From assembly GCF_009914755.1 (NCBI RefSeq), contig NC_060939.1: a stretch of DNA of 64,000 bases, one strand, 5' to 3'. Below, in pieces: positions 14,876 through 33,401 of this stretch. Source of the stretch: the human T2T-CHM13v2.0 reference genome, Homo sapiens. Within the stretch, counting starts at the first letter, position 1, and each line of letters begins with the position of its first letter. The position numbers and the translations under genes are program-made. The notes under the pieces were generated by a model. That model made no database searches. It saw only the letters and a list, made by a program, of their open reading frames with translations, and was not told the DNA's origin.

Positions 14876-16555
14876 GCATCTGATGGTCTTGTAGCTCTTG
14901 AAGCCAAGATTACAGGGATAAGGGAAAGAGAAGCAGATATTTGACCTCTGTCACAATCCAACTCTGTTAGCACAAACCCCACTTTCATTAACCTTCCACG
15001 TTTTCATATAACAAGAGTACCAACTTCAGAGCATTAGACTGTGAGTTAAATATTACAGAGAAACACTGCTTCTTCCTACCAGGTTTTTAAATTCTGCCTT
15101 TCATGACAGTGGGCAGCTACCCAACTCTGGCTTGCAAGTTCGAGTCCCCAATTACCATTTATTTTCAATGGCTAACTAGCTCAAAACTCACTGCACTTTT
15201 GCTATGAACTAGATCATCAGAAAATAAAGCCAGCAGTTATCATCAAACTCAATCCGGGGAAAGAACTCCCCTTCTCACCCCAGATCTGCTGTCAGTGACA
15301 GGGAGTCTGTTCCAGAACATGTCCTATCCTGGCCTTTGGGCTCTCTTGTCTAGGAGGCGGGGCTGGAAGGTGCCCCAGTACCTCATCCTGCTGTCTCCTC
15401 CCTACATCTACGCTCCTTGAGGCTCCTTAGTCAGAATTCTGTCTTGGCTGTCAAGACCAGCCTTCTCCTTTCTCTCCTTTTCCTGAGAGAGGATCCAGCT
15501 GCCCCTCCATGGAGGGTTGGGGTGGGTAAAGGAAATATGCTCTGAGCATGTAGTTCCATGCCAAGGAGGCAAGTCCTCCATGTTCAACTTTGGCAGGGAG
15601 TTTGGGGCAGGAGGGAAGCGATGGGAGTAAGAAAAGGCACATTCTGACTGTGATCTCTTGGGCAGGTCATTTTCCCTTTCTGTGCCTCAGTTTCTCTATC
15701 TGCAAATAATCTCATGTCCTCTTATGTGCTCAAAATCCTCTGATTCTGTTATTAGTCAATCAAAGTAATAACATCCCAGGTCCATCTTCTAAACAAGGAT
15801 TTAAAACAGTTTTTTTTTCTTTAAAAAGGATAATCGGGTAGCTTTAACAGGTAGATGTTTATTGCTAGTGTAATTAATCTAAAAAACTCAGGGCCATTGC
15901 TCAAAGTAAATGGAAAGAGTAACTAAACAGAATCCATTCAATTTTAGAAACTGCCTCTAGCAGGCCTGACACAGTGAACACCATTATGTGAAACTATTAT
16001 CCTGCTAGAGTCTGGTCATTTTACATTCCACTGTGAGCGATGGAAAAGTCCCATTAGATCATCTAATGCCCGCCTCCAGCCTCATAAAATGAGGATCGTT
16101 GCAAGATCTTCTCAGAGTGGATCCTCAGGCTAATACCAGCCTCTGTCCTTCCCAGGCCCACTATTTCCTAAACTATAACCCAGGCAGCAGCGGGACTGCT
16201 GGATTTCTATATGCGAGGGCTTTAGGCGTGACAGTCTGGCTGGGGTGAGGGTGGGGAATAAAGATTTATTTGTATGATCTTGTGTATAAGATTGAGAACT
16301 CTTCAACTGTCCAGATAAAGAAGGGATAGGAACTGACAGAGATGGAAAGGGGCTGATAAAGTGTCCCTTGCAACCTCATCTCACTTAACCAGAGGCAGAG
16401 CCTCTGAAACGTGGCTGAGGCAGAAGCTGCGGATGTGCTTTCAGACAAGTACCATTGGGTCCCTCAACTTGTTAGTTTCCTGAAGGTTCTCCCACATGTG
16501 GTATTTCAGTGGCTGAGCAGCAACAGATGTCTTTTGGTCTATAAATAATTCTTGG

Positions 16556-16939
<384 letters not shown>

Positions 16940-17546
16940 TCAGGAAGAACCATGGTCCAGGCTTTGCAGTGTGATAGAGAGAGCAAACAGAGGAGGCAAG
17001 TTTTCTGGAAGTGTGTGACTGCTCCTTCTTCAGTTTTTGGTCAAGAAGAGTAGGGGTGAGTGGAGGGGAGGCAGGAACCTTGAGCCCAGCGGCTCCCTGA
17101 GGCCTCTGGCGCATCCCTGTCATCTTCTGTGCCTCTGCACATTGGTTGGGATATTACTGCTGAAAAAAATCTTAACATCTGCTGCCAACTGAATATTGTG
17201 TTATTTGAAGGCCAAAAAGTGGATGGAAAACCATTGGGAAAAACACTCAATTCAGTGTGTATCTACTGAGGGTCTAATCTGAGCAAGGCACTACCTGAGC
17301 TATCTCAAGGCTGCAGAGACACGCGGTTTAGACATACCTGAAAAAGTGACTTGGGAAAAGCCATCTTTTCTCTGATCTCATGATATGCACTGCCTGTACT
17401 GCTTAGCTGTCCTAATGCTAACCTTCCCATGTTTAATTCCACTCTCCTCTCCATTACTGGGAGAGACAGAAGCATGGTGTCCAGTGTTTGCATTCATGGT
17501 TCACAGCCCAGTGCCCTGTACATGATCCTCAAGAAGTATTTGTGGG

Positions 17547-17861
<315 letters not shown>

Positions 17862-18644
17862 TGATTAATTACTAAATGACTATGACCAGGCTAATTACCT
17901 GATGAGCTCCTCCTTCCTGAGTCTTCAACTCCTAATACCCAGTGAGATCAGTGTAGGAAAGAACAGAGGATCAAACTGGGGTAAGGGTATTCCTGGAGAT
18001 GGTATCCCTGTCCAAATCAGAGTCTAGCTTAACTCTAGACATTCACTTCAGAATCGGTCTGCTGGGTTCTGCCTTTTATCTAGTTTGCTGATTCTAACTA
18101 CATAGGCTGTACTTGGGAAGGGAGGGAAGGGGAAGAAGCTGACTGAGACAAGGGGGTCCCAGCCTCAACTCCAGAAAGATGCCGACAGTACAGCCCGGTT
18201 CTAAAGTAACTTCTTATACAACCAACACAGTAAAGGCAAGTAAAATGGCTTTGCTTCCAGGAAGATCGCTAACTGGGTCCTTGCCATTGGAAAGGGAATT
18301 AAAAGCTCAATGCTGGAAAAAACTAATAATTACATTTGCTTAATTATATTGATGTGAACCTCATAGCCAAGTTATTTTTAGGAAATTGATGCTAAAAAAT
18401 ACTGCCATGCTCTTGGGGTCATGTGGAGCAGGATTTAGGATGTTTTTAACTTTTGGAAATTATCAAATGCCTTTCTATAGGAAAGTGTTACATTTCTAAG
18501 ATTTTTCTCTTTACAGTTTTTCTGATGCTTTGCCTGTCTTTCTAAAATACATCCTGACACCTAGACAAAATGGCATAGGATCATTGGGCTTCAGATCAAT
18601 GGGTGATAAATGATAACATAGAATTGGCTGCCAGCCTTATCATT

Positions 18645-19240
<596 letters not shown>

Positions 19241-19343
19241 GGACCCCTAGTGGGGACCTGGGTGGAGTATTAGCCTCCATCACACCACTCTTGACAGAAA
19301 CCCCAAATCATAACTACCATTTCTTAAGAGCCTACCATGTGCA

Positions 19344-19630
<287 letters not shown>

Positions 19631-20150
19631 CTACAAACATTATCTCTAATGCTAACAACAATCTCACAAGGAAAGTTTCTATTAACCCCATTTTATAAAG
19701 AGAAACAAAGGCTCAGTGAGGTTAAATGACATGCCTAAGACAACACAACTAGTATATGGGACTCAAATCCACGCTGCCTTGCTCCAAAGCTCACATTCTT
19801 TCCAAACGCTAGACTCTTATTTTTTGATTTTCTCATATAGCTGCTGCAGAAGCAACCTACAGCTCCATCCTTCTATGCAGCTTTGGGTTGCCTTTATAGT
19901 CCTCTGACTATATTTATAAATTGGTAGCTATGCACATATATACAGCCCATTGCTTGAATTCTTTTCTGAACTCTTTGGATTCCTTAGACCTGGGCACTAT
20001 TGGCCTGCTTCAACCAGAACACCACTCCTGTTGAAAACAGTATAGAGGCTGGGCTTCTCCAAGAAGGTACACAAAGAGGGAAAGCCTCAAAATTTAACAG
20101 AAACCAGTAACTTAGCCAACAATATTTGAAGATTATGAAGCAAAAAATGA

Positions 20151-20530
<380 letters not shown>

Positions 20531-20892
20531 AATAGATTTATTTTTTGATCAGAACATTTCTGAATTTCTATATCCTGGAGATTAAATATCAGTGGATAAC
20601 CAATCCCAAATCCCCCAGATGGGGGAGCTGATGAGGCAGGTGCCAGGGATAACATGAAAGGTTATATACAACCTCTCTATATTCCCCAAAGGCTGTTATT
20701 AATCTTGTTCTTCCTTTCCACACTCCAGATCTCCCTAATCTTCAGCATGACATGCATGTGCCAAAAGAAGTCATCAGTTCAAGACAAGAAAAGCTGCTGC
20801 CTCAGTAAAAAGATGCACCATTGACAAGTTCATTTGGCTCTGTGGGTTTTTCTCCCCAGGTAGAGTGTCTTATAGTTGTTCTCTGGGGTGCT

Positions 20893-21217
20893 CTTTTTTA
20901 TTAATTAATGTATATATTTATTTTTATCTTTTTGAGATAGGTTCTCACTCTGTCACCCAGGCTGGAGTGTCGTGGCACAATCATGGCTCCCTGTAGCCTT
21001 GAACTCCTGAGCTCAATTGATCCTCCTACCTCAGCCCCCTGGGTAGCTGTGACTACAGGTATGTGCCAACAGGCCCAGCTAATGTTGGTTTGTTTTTTTG
21101 TAGAGACGGGTTTTCAGCATGTTGCCTAGGCTGGTCTCAAACTCCTGGGCGCAAGTGATCCACTTACCTCAGCCTCCCAAAGTGCTGGGATTACAGGTGT
21201 GAGCCACTGTGCCAGGC
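20893..21217 (-). mobile_element. Alu (AluJ-like)
   Basis: Reverse-complement dimer; TSD ctggggtgctcttttt. Confidence 0.93.
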
Positions 21218-21257
21218 TGGGGTGCTCTTTTTCATTTGTCAGAGATGCTTAGAAAAG

Positions 21258-21560
21258 CACCAGGCGCGGTGGCTCATGTGCTCCCAGCGCTTTGGGAGGC
21301 AAGGCAGGCGGATCACCTTAGGTCAGGAGTTTGGGACCAGCCTGGCCAACAGGGTGAAACCCTGTGTCTACTAAAAATACAAAAATTAGCCAGGCTTGGT
21401 AGCGGGTGCCTGTAATCCCAGCCACCTGTGGGGCTGCGGAGAGACAATCACTTGAACCTGGGAGGCAGAGGTTGCGGTGAACCCAGATGGAGCCACTGCA
21501 CTCCGGAGCCTGGGCGACAGGGCAAAACTCTGTCTCAAAACAAACAACAACAACGACAAA
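21258..21560 (+). mobile_element. Alu (AluS)
   Basis: Dimer with (ACA)n tail; TSD-like agatgctt.(g/a)aaaa. Confidence 0.92.
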
Positions 21561-22444
21561 AGATGCTTTAAAAAGTGCGTGGCATCAGACTGTGCAAGAT
21601 GCAGTCAATGAACAGTTTCTGGGGCAGCCTCCTCAGTGCATTCAAGTCATCCCTGCACTCCAAGAAAGTAATGGGGCCCTATTTCTTGTGCCCATTCTTC
21701 CCGCCCAGGGAGACTCTAGAGATGAGAAATGATAGAATGATTCCCTTGACTATCCATTAATTAGAAAGTGAACCTTATTTTTGGGAAGGGGAGATTATCT
21801 CCCAAATTACAATGGGATGATAGCTGTTATAAGAGAGGTATGTACAAGGTACAGGGGTAGTTTGGTGGGAGTGAGACCATCATGTCTAGAGCATGTTCTA
21901 GGAATTTCAAATAACTGCCTTGGTACAAGGACGTCGGTTGCAGATCAATATGGAGAGGTAAACAAATGCCACATGGTGAAGGGCTGTGTATACCATGCTA
22001 AGAACTAGTCGGGAAATCACTGTAACAATACAGGTGAGCTATAATAGGCAATAAGATAAGGGCAGTGAGGATAAAAATTAAATCAATATTTAGGTGGCAG
22101 AATAAATAGTATTTAAGTGACCAATTTGAAGAGGGGCGTGAATGAGAATTAGGAATGGAGGATAATTAGCAAGGAGGCTGGGAGAACAGGTTGAAAAGCT
22201 ATCTTTAAATCGAGTATTATCACAATGACTTTGGTGAATGGGTCATTAATATTTTCAGGGCTCTGACTACTGAATTAATTAAGGAAATAATTAAGATTTC
22301 TTAGATCAGCCATTGCATTGATTTCTTTTTAGAGCACACTGTTTTGGCAAACCCTATGTTTTAAAAAAATGTTTGTTAGAATACATTATCTTCTTGTAGG
22401 TACCAAGGTTGAAGTCAATTATCAAAGCATAGAAATCATGTTTG

Positions 22445-22778
22445 GGCCAGGCAGAGTGGCTTACACCTGTAATCTCAGCACTTTGGGAGGCCAAGAAGCG
22501 GATTGCTTGAGCCCAGCAGTTGGAGACCAGCCTGAGCAACATGGTGAAACCCCATCTCTACAAAAAATACAAAAAATTAGCCAGGTGTGGTAACGTGTGC
22601 CTGTAGTCCCAGCTACCCAGGAGGCTGAGGTGGGAGGATCGCTGTGTTGCCCACGTTGGGGTGTAGTGACTGATCATAGCTTACTGCAGCCACAAACTCC
22701 TGGGCTTATGTGATCCTGCCACCCAGCCTCTTGAGTAGCTAGCACTACAGGTGGGTGTGTGCCACCATGCCTGGCTAC
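22445..22778. mobile_element. Fused inverted Alu pair: plus-strand 5' ~200 nt joined to a minus-strand right arm
   Basis: ggccaggcagagtggc...gaggatcgct|gtgttgcccacg...ccaccatgcctggcta. Confidence 0.88.
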
Positions 22779-24099
22779 TTGTACATTTCTTTAAAGCAAG
22801 TTTTAGATGCTCTTTTCTGAGCTTCCATAGCATTCTGGACATAACCCTGTCAATATGTTGTATCTGCTTCTCAATATGTTGTAATTATCTGTAAGTTATC
22901 ATGGAGAGCTGGGTGGGTGGAATAGGGACTTTGTCTTACTCCTTCTGGTATGCCCACTTCTTGAAATATGGTGGGCACTTAAAAAATAAATCTTGACAGC
23001 ATAAAAGCTGCAAAAATAAAAGTAGTAAATTATGTCTAGCAAATACCATTCTAAGTGCTTTTTTCAGACTGGCCAGCAGAACTGAAACTAATTCTGCACA
23101 GAAAACTAAGGGCGGGGGGGCGTTGCTCCTGTGAGCTCAGCTGCACCTAAACACTAACTTTGAGTTGTATACTGGTGATCATTTTCATAAGAAAGTGGGT
23201 CAATTCCAGACATGAAATACATCTGAAGACGTAGTCCATCAGCAGGAGCCTTTGGAGGCAATATTTTCTTACCTCTAAGATTCTTATTCAAGAAATATAT
23301 TAAGAGAATTACTGATGCTCATATTTATTGTCAAATTAGCCATGACAGCTGCAAAATGTTTTCATTTTAAGTTGAATCCCCAAAGCTTCATTTGCATTTT
23401 CTCTAACTTAAGGATATTGTTAGAAAAAGCCAGGCTTGCTGGTATAGGGGTAGAGGGAGAGGAAGGAAGAAGATATTTCATCTTTGGTTCTTCTGAGTTG
23501 AATTAAATATTTTAAGTTAATCATCTCTGATCTGTCATTAGGGGAGTTGTCCATATGCTTTTTACAAATTATGACTGCTAGGAATTCATAATTAAAGAAT
23601 GTATGAAGGTCAAGAATATGGAATTTCAACTAATGTCTGAAATGATGGCCTCAAAGACAAGAGTCCCTCAGACATCTGCCCCCTCCCTCTCCTAGAGCAG
23701 TCTAGTACAAGGACTGCTGCTGAGCTGCAAGCATTTCCAAATGCAGCAACACCGAAACTCATTATAGTTTTAACAGCTTGCTTTTCAGAGTCTATGGGAC
23801 TTTGACAATCCAAACTTAGGTCTGCTTAATGGAATGGCTTTGCTTTAGAAAACAGATTTTGTGGAGGGTTTTATAACCCTCTTCTCCCAAAAAATGCATT
23901 TAACCTTACTCATCTGGAACAATGGAAGACAGCAAAAGACAGGGAGAAGGCTGGGATTAGTATTTAGTGATATCTTAATTTTAAATGTTTACAGTGAAAT
24001 GAAATTCTTGTTACTATCAATGACAACACATAAGAGTCAAAATATAAATGAGTCATGAATAATTAGGTATTAATCATAACACATAATATACTGTCATGA

Positions 24100-24737
<638 letters not shown>

Positions 24738-24821
24738 GTAAGAGAGTACTTTAATATTAAGGATTAAGTAGGCCCAGAACTGTAAGACCTTGGATATTTC
24801 ATGATACTTTTAACTCACCTC

Positions 24822-25246
24822 TGTACTGGGTAGAATAGTGTCCCCCAAAATTCATGTTCACACAGAACCTTAGAATGTGACCTTATTTGGAAATAAAGTC
24901 TTTGCAGATGTAATTAGTTAAGATGAGGCCATACTGGATTAGGGTAGACCTAAATCCAGTTATTGGTTCCTTATAAGAAGACCATGAAGAGACATAGACA
25001 CACACAGAGGGAAGACAGAGGCAGAGGTCAGAATGATGTAGTAACAAGCAAGGAATGGCAAGGATTGCCAGCAACCACTAGCAGCTGGGAAGAAGCAAGG
25101 AAGAATTCTTCCCTAGAGTCTCCAGAGGGAGAATGTCTCTGCTGACACCTTGATTTCAAACTTCTAGTTTCCAGAACTATGACAGAATAAATTTGTTGTT
25201 TCAAGCCAGTTTGTGATTGCTATGGCAGCCCTAGAAAATGAATACA
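24822..25246 (+). mobile_element. Solo MaLR LTR (MLT1B/C-like)
   Basis: tgtactgggtagaatagtgtcccccaaaattcatg...ccttatttggaaata...aatgaataca; 5-bp TSD acctc on both sides. Confidence 0.9.
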
Positions 25247-25419
25247 ACCTCTCCTTCAGGGCAAAAGTTCCACACTGTCCATGAAGTCTTTCCTTACCAA
25301 ATCTGGCCATTGTGACCCCTCTTTCTACTTAGAGCAAAGCAGACTTTGTTATTTTGCACTTGGGGCTCTCCATGATTGGTCATTTACTTATCTTTTCAGT
25401 ACCATATCCCATCGGCCAC

Positions 25420-25785
25420 TGCCTTAGTCCTTTTCTGTTGCTTATAACAGAATATCTGAAACTGGGTAATTTATAAAGAAAGGAAATTTATTTCTTACAA
25501 TTATGGAGGCTGAGAAGTCCAAGGTTAAGGCACTGCATCTGGCAAGAGCCTTCTTGCTGGTGGGAACTCTATAGAGTCCTGAAGTGCCACAGGGCATCAC
25601 ATGATCATGGGGCAGAGTGGGCTAATGTGCTCGGCTCAGATCTGTCTTCCTCTTCTAAGAAAGCCACCAGTTCCATTCCCATGATAACCCATTAATCCAT
25701 TAACCCTTTAATCTATTAACGCATTAAGCCATTCAGGAGGGCAGAGCCCTTACAAATCCCATCACCACTTAAAAGGACCCACTTC
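25420..25785 (-). mobile_element. MaLR LTR (MST family), truncated at an Alu
   Basis: tgccttagtcc...ataacagaatatctgaaactgggtaatttataaagaaa...ggaggctgagaagtccaagg. Confidence 0.85.
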
Positions 25786-26690
<905 letters not shown>

Positions 26691-27140
26691 CCTTCATTAA
26701 AAATGTCATTTTTTTTAAATAAAAAATTTTCCTGAACCCAAAGAACTAGAAAGAATACTAAACAAAAGCCAAAGTCACGGTCAGTTGTAGGCAGAGGAGA
26801 ACTGATTTAAATTACTACTGAGGACATTTCAATCTTTTTTAAAATATGAAATTACTTTTACTTGTTACAGTGGAATATCATTATGAATGAAGTAGGTCCT
26901 GGGTACCTGAGCCTGTTATATGATTGCCAAGCCCTCATCCTATGCCAACATAGGACACTCATACAAAAACACCACATGGAACTTCTTGGACACACAACTG
27001 CATGCATCCCACTGTAAATGTACTGAAGTGTAATATAACCTTTGTGAAGATTTCTTAGGCATATGGACGGGAGGGCACATTGCACCATAGAAAGCAAAAC
27101 TCTGCCCCCTGCCCCCCAGATCTTTTAAAAATGTCTTCCC

Positions 27141-27427
27141 CAGGTGGTGGCTCACCTGTAATCCCAGCACTTTGGGAGGCCAAGGCAGGTGGATCACGAG
27201 GTCAGGAGTTCAAGACCAGCCTGGCCAAGACGGTGAAACCCTGTCTCTACTAAAAATACAAGAATTAGCTGGGCATGGTGGCATGTGCCTGTAATCCCAG
27301 CTACTTGGGAGGCTGAGACACAGAACTGCTTAAACCCGGGAGGCGGAGGCTGTAGTGAGCCGAGATTGCACCACTGCACTCCAGCCTGGGCAACAGAGCG
27401 AGACTCTGTCTCAAAAAAAAAAAAAAA
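27141..27427 (+). mobile_element. Alu (AluSg-like)
   Basis: ggatcacgaggtcaggagttcaagacc; A-tail. Confidence 0.94.
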
Positions 27428-29349
27428 TTCCCCAAAGTCTCACTTCCTCTGACAGCACCCAAATCTCTCCTCCTCTTGGCTTCCCTCTTCCAGTCCTATC
27501 CAGGTCCTTTGCTCTCTTATCTCTCTCTTCTTTTAAAGGCAAAGCTCTTGACTGTTCTAAATCTGCAGCTGTATCTATTTCTCTGCTTATCACAGCAAAG
27601 GCAGCATGGTTAGCCATGCAACTACAGGATTCTTCTTCCTCAGTGTGTATGTGTGTGCGTGTATAGCATGACTGTAAATACTTATAAGTTAATAGTTTTC
27701 TCCTGTTTATATACGCATGTACACGAGGAAATAACATAGGCTGGAAAGGGATATCGTTCAGGCTGGCAGAGTCTGAGCACTAACTATGTGCCATGTACTT
27801 TATTTACACACATTATTTCTAATTTTATTTTTCAGATGAGAAAATTCAGCCTTAGAGCTACTGTTCATTCTCTTTCCACTACAACACACAGCCTCTGGGG
27901 TATCTCTAACATAATAATGTAAAATGCATTAGAAAACATGAAGGATATGTCTGGGAGTCTTAGGGGAGGGAAAGGAAGTAGAGGATTGGGTTGTCTTGTG
28001 TTCAGGAGAGAAGGTTTGGGATCTGGGTCGTTGAGGGAAGAAGTTTAATGAAAGAGTTCTGCTAGATGGGGCAGTGGGTTCCCAGGATGGAAGGGGGTCT
28101 CCACTTTCACTTTGCTCTCTTCTGTCCCCCTGCTCCCTACATGGTGGTCACATGGCCTCCTCTGTGCTCCTCAAACACTTCAAGCTCATTCTAAAAGACA
28201 GACACATTCTGAATGATGACCTGGTTAATTTATTTACTAGTGTTAGTTAAAGTAGATACTTTGGAAGTCTGGTAGGCAACTTCAGTCTTTAGAACACCAG
28301 GTAACACCATTTCTAGCATTAAACTACTTCTCTCAGTTTACTCATAAGCTGGAAAAGTACAAGCTTTTAAATTCCCGTACACCTTGTCAATTTGAGGTGA
28401 ACTGGTTCAAAAGAAAAAGGAACCTACAGAAATGTCTACTTTTAAAGTTATCACTTGAATAGAATTTAATGAATACTAGTGCTTAAGCAACTTCTGTTTC
28501 ATTGTATAATATCCTTTAAAATCTAAATTTCCTGGCATAAATGTTTTGGATGCTTCACTTTTAGCCAGCATTACACAGCGGTGGCTGCTAGATATTTACC
28601 TTGAGTGTGAGAGTATATGTGAAGAATATTAGCTAGGAAATAGACTTCTTGGTAGATTACAAAAAGCTGTGCATGGCTATACAATTTCCATTTATTCTGT
28701 TTTCCAAACTCCATATATTTAAAAGCTATCACCTCTCAATTTCATGCTGATAACTTTGAGTTTGGCAAAAGTTGACAGTTAAAACTATCTTCCTATAGTG
28801 TTTGGGTATGGCTTTATAAAAAGCAATTTACAAAAGAAAATCCATTTGAAATTTTAAATTTAATTTCAAAATGATGGTTTTTATAATCCCTGGTTTTAAG
28901 GAGGTTGCAAGGAATGGAAAGACATGAGAAACAAAAAGAAGAATGAAGAAAGAAAGAAAGACGGAGAGGGCAAGGGGATGAATGGTTGCATCATGGACCG
29001 AGGTGAGGACAATCAGAAAGGCAGGGAGGAATGCCACACCCAGGGAGACAGCACAGGTGCACTTTATATCAGACAGAGTGTGTAGAGGCCTGGGAAAGCT
29101 TTAGTTTTCATAAATTCAATCTCCCTTATTGCTGAAGCAGAGGCAGCTGGGATACAGGAAGATTAACTGATAACTCAAACCCTACTACATTTCAAACCCC
29201 TCCAGTACTTAAACCTTTTATCCCAGATGTTAGTAAAAGCTAACGAGTAGCCAAGCTGGCAATTTTTAATAACTATCCTTGGGCTTATTCTCCCACAGGT
29301 GTAGATCCTGAATAAGAGGGGTAGGGAGAGAAGGATAAAGAAAGCTGAT

Positions 29350-29540
29350 GTTGGCTGAGTGCTAACTCTGTGTCAGGTACTGTGTTAAGCACTGTGCATG
29401 TATTCTTTAATCATCACAACAACCTTATGAGGTAGGTACCACAATCCCGCCCACTTAAAAAAGGGAAAATCAAAGTACAGAGAAAGCAGGCAAACTTGCT
29501 TAGTAAGTGACTGAGCTGGGAATTGAACCCAAGCAGTTTA
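29350..29540 (-). mobile_element. MIR SINE
   Basis: tgtgtcaggtactgtgttaagcac...tcacaacaaccttatgaggtaggtac...gagctgggaattgaacccaagcag. Confidence 0.75.
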
Positions 29541-32384
29541 ATTATAGAACCTGAATATATAATCATTGTGCCATATGGCATTTTCCAAAATAACAAAAAA
29601 TAACCAAGTTGACAGGATAAAAGGGATTGAAAGTGTATTGTACTCTAATATATGGCTGCTGCCTGGGAAACTGTTAGGATATAGTGGTAGAAGTCTGGAG
29701 TCCTCTTCAGTGTACATTTCTGCCACCCACCATTACTTGTAAGCATGGGGGAAGAAAAAAACCTACCTGAAACCATCCTTTCTTCTAAATTCAAATTTGA
29801 ATAAGTTAAAGAATTAAAAATCTGTTTGGATTTTTGACATGTTCATTCCATTATATTAAAATTTCTATTAAATGTCAAATCCTCCTTGTGGGGAACATTT
29901 CGGTAATTTGGTGGTTGAATCATGTAGCAATTACAAGCCTAACTTATAAAACAGTTTCCATAAGGAGGGCATATTTTTTTCCAAAGTATGTATAAATACA
30001 CACACATACCAATACTCCCTCACTCTATATAAGATACCTTAAAGCCAAGTTCCCATTTTTCAGGTTCTATTTATATGCAACCAGTTCTAAGAATTCTCCG
30101 AAAAGGACAGGCCTGTACTGTCCCCTAACTAACATCTGTCAGAAGAAAACTCCTCATCCATTTTTCAGGCATGACCCACTTTGAGGGTTCAGATTCTGTG
30201 ATGAGTCACATGCAAATCTTCTAAGAACCTTGATGGGTTGCAAATGAGATGAAAATGAAAATGACCAAAATGTTCAGAGTCAACCACCTTAGTTTCTCTT
30301 TCCTATTTGCCATCTGTCCACAGCTCATTAAGTTCAAATCATATTTTTGTGAGTAAGAATCTAGAATTTGGGGACCTCTTCATGGGACACTTCTGCTTCA
30401 CAGACATACAGGCCAAAAGAAGCACTAAGCAGGCTTCAGGGCTCCATGGTTAGTAGGCAAAGCCTGCAGGGAAAGAGCTCAGCAAGGGTCACCAATGGGG
30501 ACACCTCAGGCACCCAAACTTACCACTTTGGTGGCCTGTGTGGATGACTGGGAAAGGCCCTGCAAAGCCCCTGCAAGGTTCCCTGACATCCCTAGCAGTA
30601 ACTGTGAGCTTCTTACTCCTTCCCTTCCCCTCAGTCCCATCCACTACCATCTATGCTCACTGTCCACATGGGTTCCCCTTCACAATGGGATGGGCTTTCC
30701 ATCCCTTTTAAAAATCTGTCTTAGGGCCCTCATAACTTTCCACCCAGTGATATAATTATTCACAAACATATTCTACTTCCTACTAAACTGTGAGCTCCCT
30801 TCAGGTAGAACCTACATCCAATTCCCCTTTCTGGAACTCATGGAGTCTTGCTGATAGATGCTCAAAAAAACACTGAATTAAACAAATGGTCCTAGAAGCC
30901 AGTCTCTGAAAGTCCTGCTTGGTAGCAACTACAGGATGAGATGGGCACCATATCAGCCTCAAAATGTTCATTCCTTGTACGACACTAGAGTTGTTGCATC
31001 ATTCCACATAGCCAATGGTGTTTTTTGTAAGTTGGCTTTGTGTACTCCCCAGTGTCTTACAGGTGAAGCAGTCCAATTAGGCAATGATTGTTTAAACACA
31101 CATTAATCATGCATTAGGAGTCCTAAATTGAATAACACAATATCCAGGAAAATACCCTGGACACAAGGCATCCATTACAGACAGAAGTGATCTCTCAAGT
31201 CGTGCTGCATACATATTTGGAGAGTAAGTGCACTTCAGGGAGTTCTGCTAACTTAAAAAAAAAAGGATGAAAGAAGAAGACATTTGCATGCTGCATGGAG
31301 ATTCCAAGGCTTGGGAAGGGCACACGTGTCAGGCAGCCAGGAGCTCTGGAACTTGCATTGGTCATCACAATTATGCCTCAGTTTCTTGAACTGCTTCCTT
31401 CTTCCTTCTTGGTATGCAGGAAGGCTAGAGGTTGTCCTACACTGCATCTGGGCAGGCTCTGGTTACAAATTCAGGCCCACTGCTCAGTGGTCTCAGCCCT
31501 CCTAGCTGAGGTACTGGTGGAATGGTGCAGCCTCTGAAGAAACCCATTCAGATCTCTGCCCTAGAGGCCATGTGTATTAGATGTGCTTCTGTACAACCGG
31601 GAAGGTGGATAGGTGAACGAAGGAGTAGGGTGTGACCAAGGAGGGACATATGCCTCCTTTAATGAGATCCTAAATTCAATCCTATTTTCCTCAATAAAAA
31701 GGGAGCAGGCCATTGTCTGGGGAGGAAAATTGGTTTCATGCTTTAAAACACGCATTCACATAGACAAACAGCCATGCTTAAACTACGATAGACTGAAAGC
31801 TGATGACAAGTCCTTGGGGATGATGATTCTATAGTCTCTCTTCAGCTACCTCAGGCATACTTGGAAATACATTTGCATTCACACCCATTCCTGTGGGCAG
31901 GGATGCATTAAGAGAGACACCGACTGAGCCTCTCTTAACCTCAGTTTCACCTGCAGCTCCTAAATAATGTGGGCAGAGGCCAAGCGTTCCCATTCAATGG
32001 ATCTGAGTCCCCAGAGTGAGCTCAGCTTGGGACCTGGCATCCTGAGATGATGAAGAGAATTTTGACAATAAGGCACAGCTGGGACATCCTTACCAGCGAC
32101 AGCAAACCCCAGATTCTAAAATGGTTTACTCCAGCTGCCTTGCTCAGTGCTATTTTAATAACCGGAGAGGCTGGCTGTTTAACAGTTGAATGCTTCCCCT
32201 GCCATCATTTTGGTACTTTGATTACAGGCAAAGTGACACTGACTTTTAACAACAGGGATATATAGTCTTCAATATAATGCCCCTTATATCAATGGAGGAT
32301 GATTAATCTTGGTTTCTTCCCTCGAAATGCGGTGTGAGACCAGATAACAAAATTCAGGTGGGCCAGTCAGAAGATCTACAGAGG

Positions 32385-32926
<542 letters not shown>

Positions 32927-33311
32927 TTATGCTCTGGATAATTAAGAATGGATTACTGAATTCCCCACACACCAGATAATATGTGTGAAAGTAAGTCATG
33001 CACAGTACAGTGGTATAACTGTATTAGATGTTATTGTCCTTTAATGCTTTTGAGCCTTAAACTGCTGTATTAGCAAACTACTTAGGATAGCTCTTGTTTG
33101 TTGTGATGAGTGATGCTCAGCAAGGCTGAAGGGACAATTCACATGCCATCAACCAAAAACAACCTTACATTAAACAAGGACTTGCCTGCTACTTTTCTGA
33201 AAATGAACGAACAACAACACAAGACAAATTCTCCCCTGACCAGGCCTCTCTTACATCTTGGGTGGAAGGCTAAACCTGCTAAGGGGACACATTTTTTTGG
33301 GCCCGAGTCTG

Positions 33312-33353
33312 TATGTGCATGTGTGTGTGTGTGTGTGTTGTGTGTGTGTGTGT

Positions 33354-33398
<45 letters not shown>
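33312..33398. repeat. (TG)n microsatellite, ~40 units with interruptions
   Basis: Directly visible. Confidence 0.97.

Positions 33399-33401
<3 letters not shown>

Noticed and set aside
23262-23360. Cryptic exon or recursive splice site (minus-strand AG|GTAAGA near 23272)
   Set aside because: Donor-like motif only; the polypyrimidine tract is weak, and such motifs are expected by chance in 58 kb.
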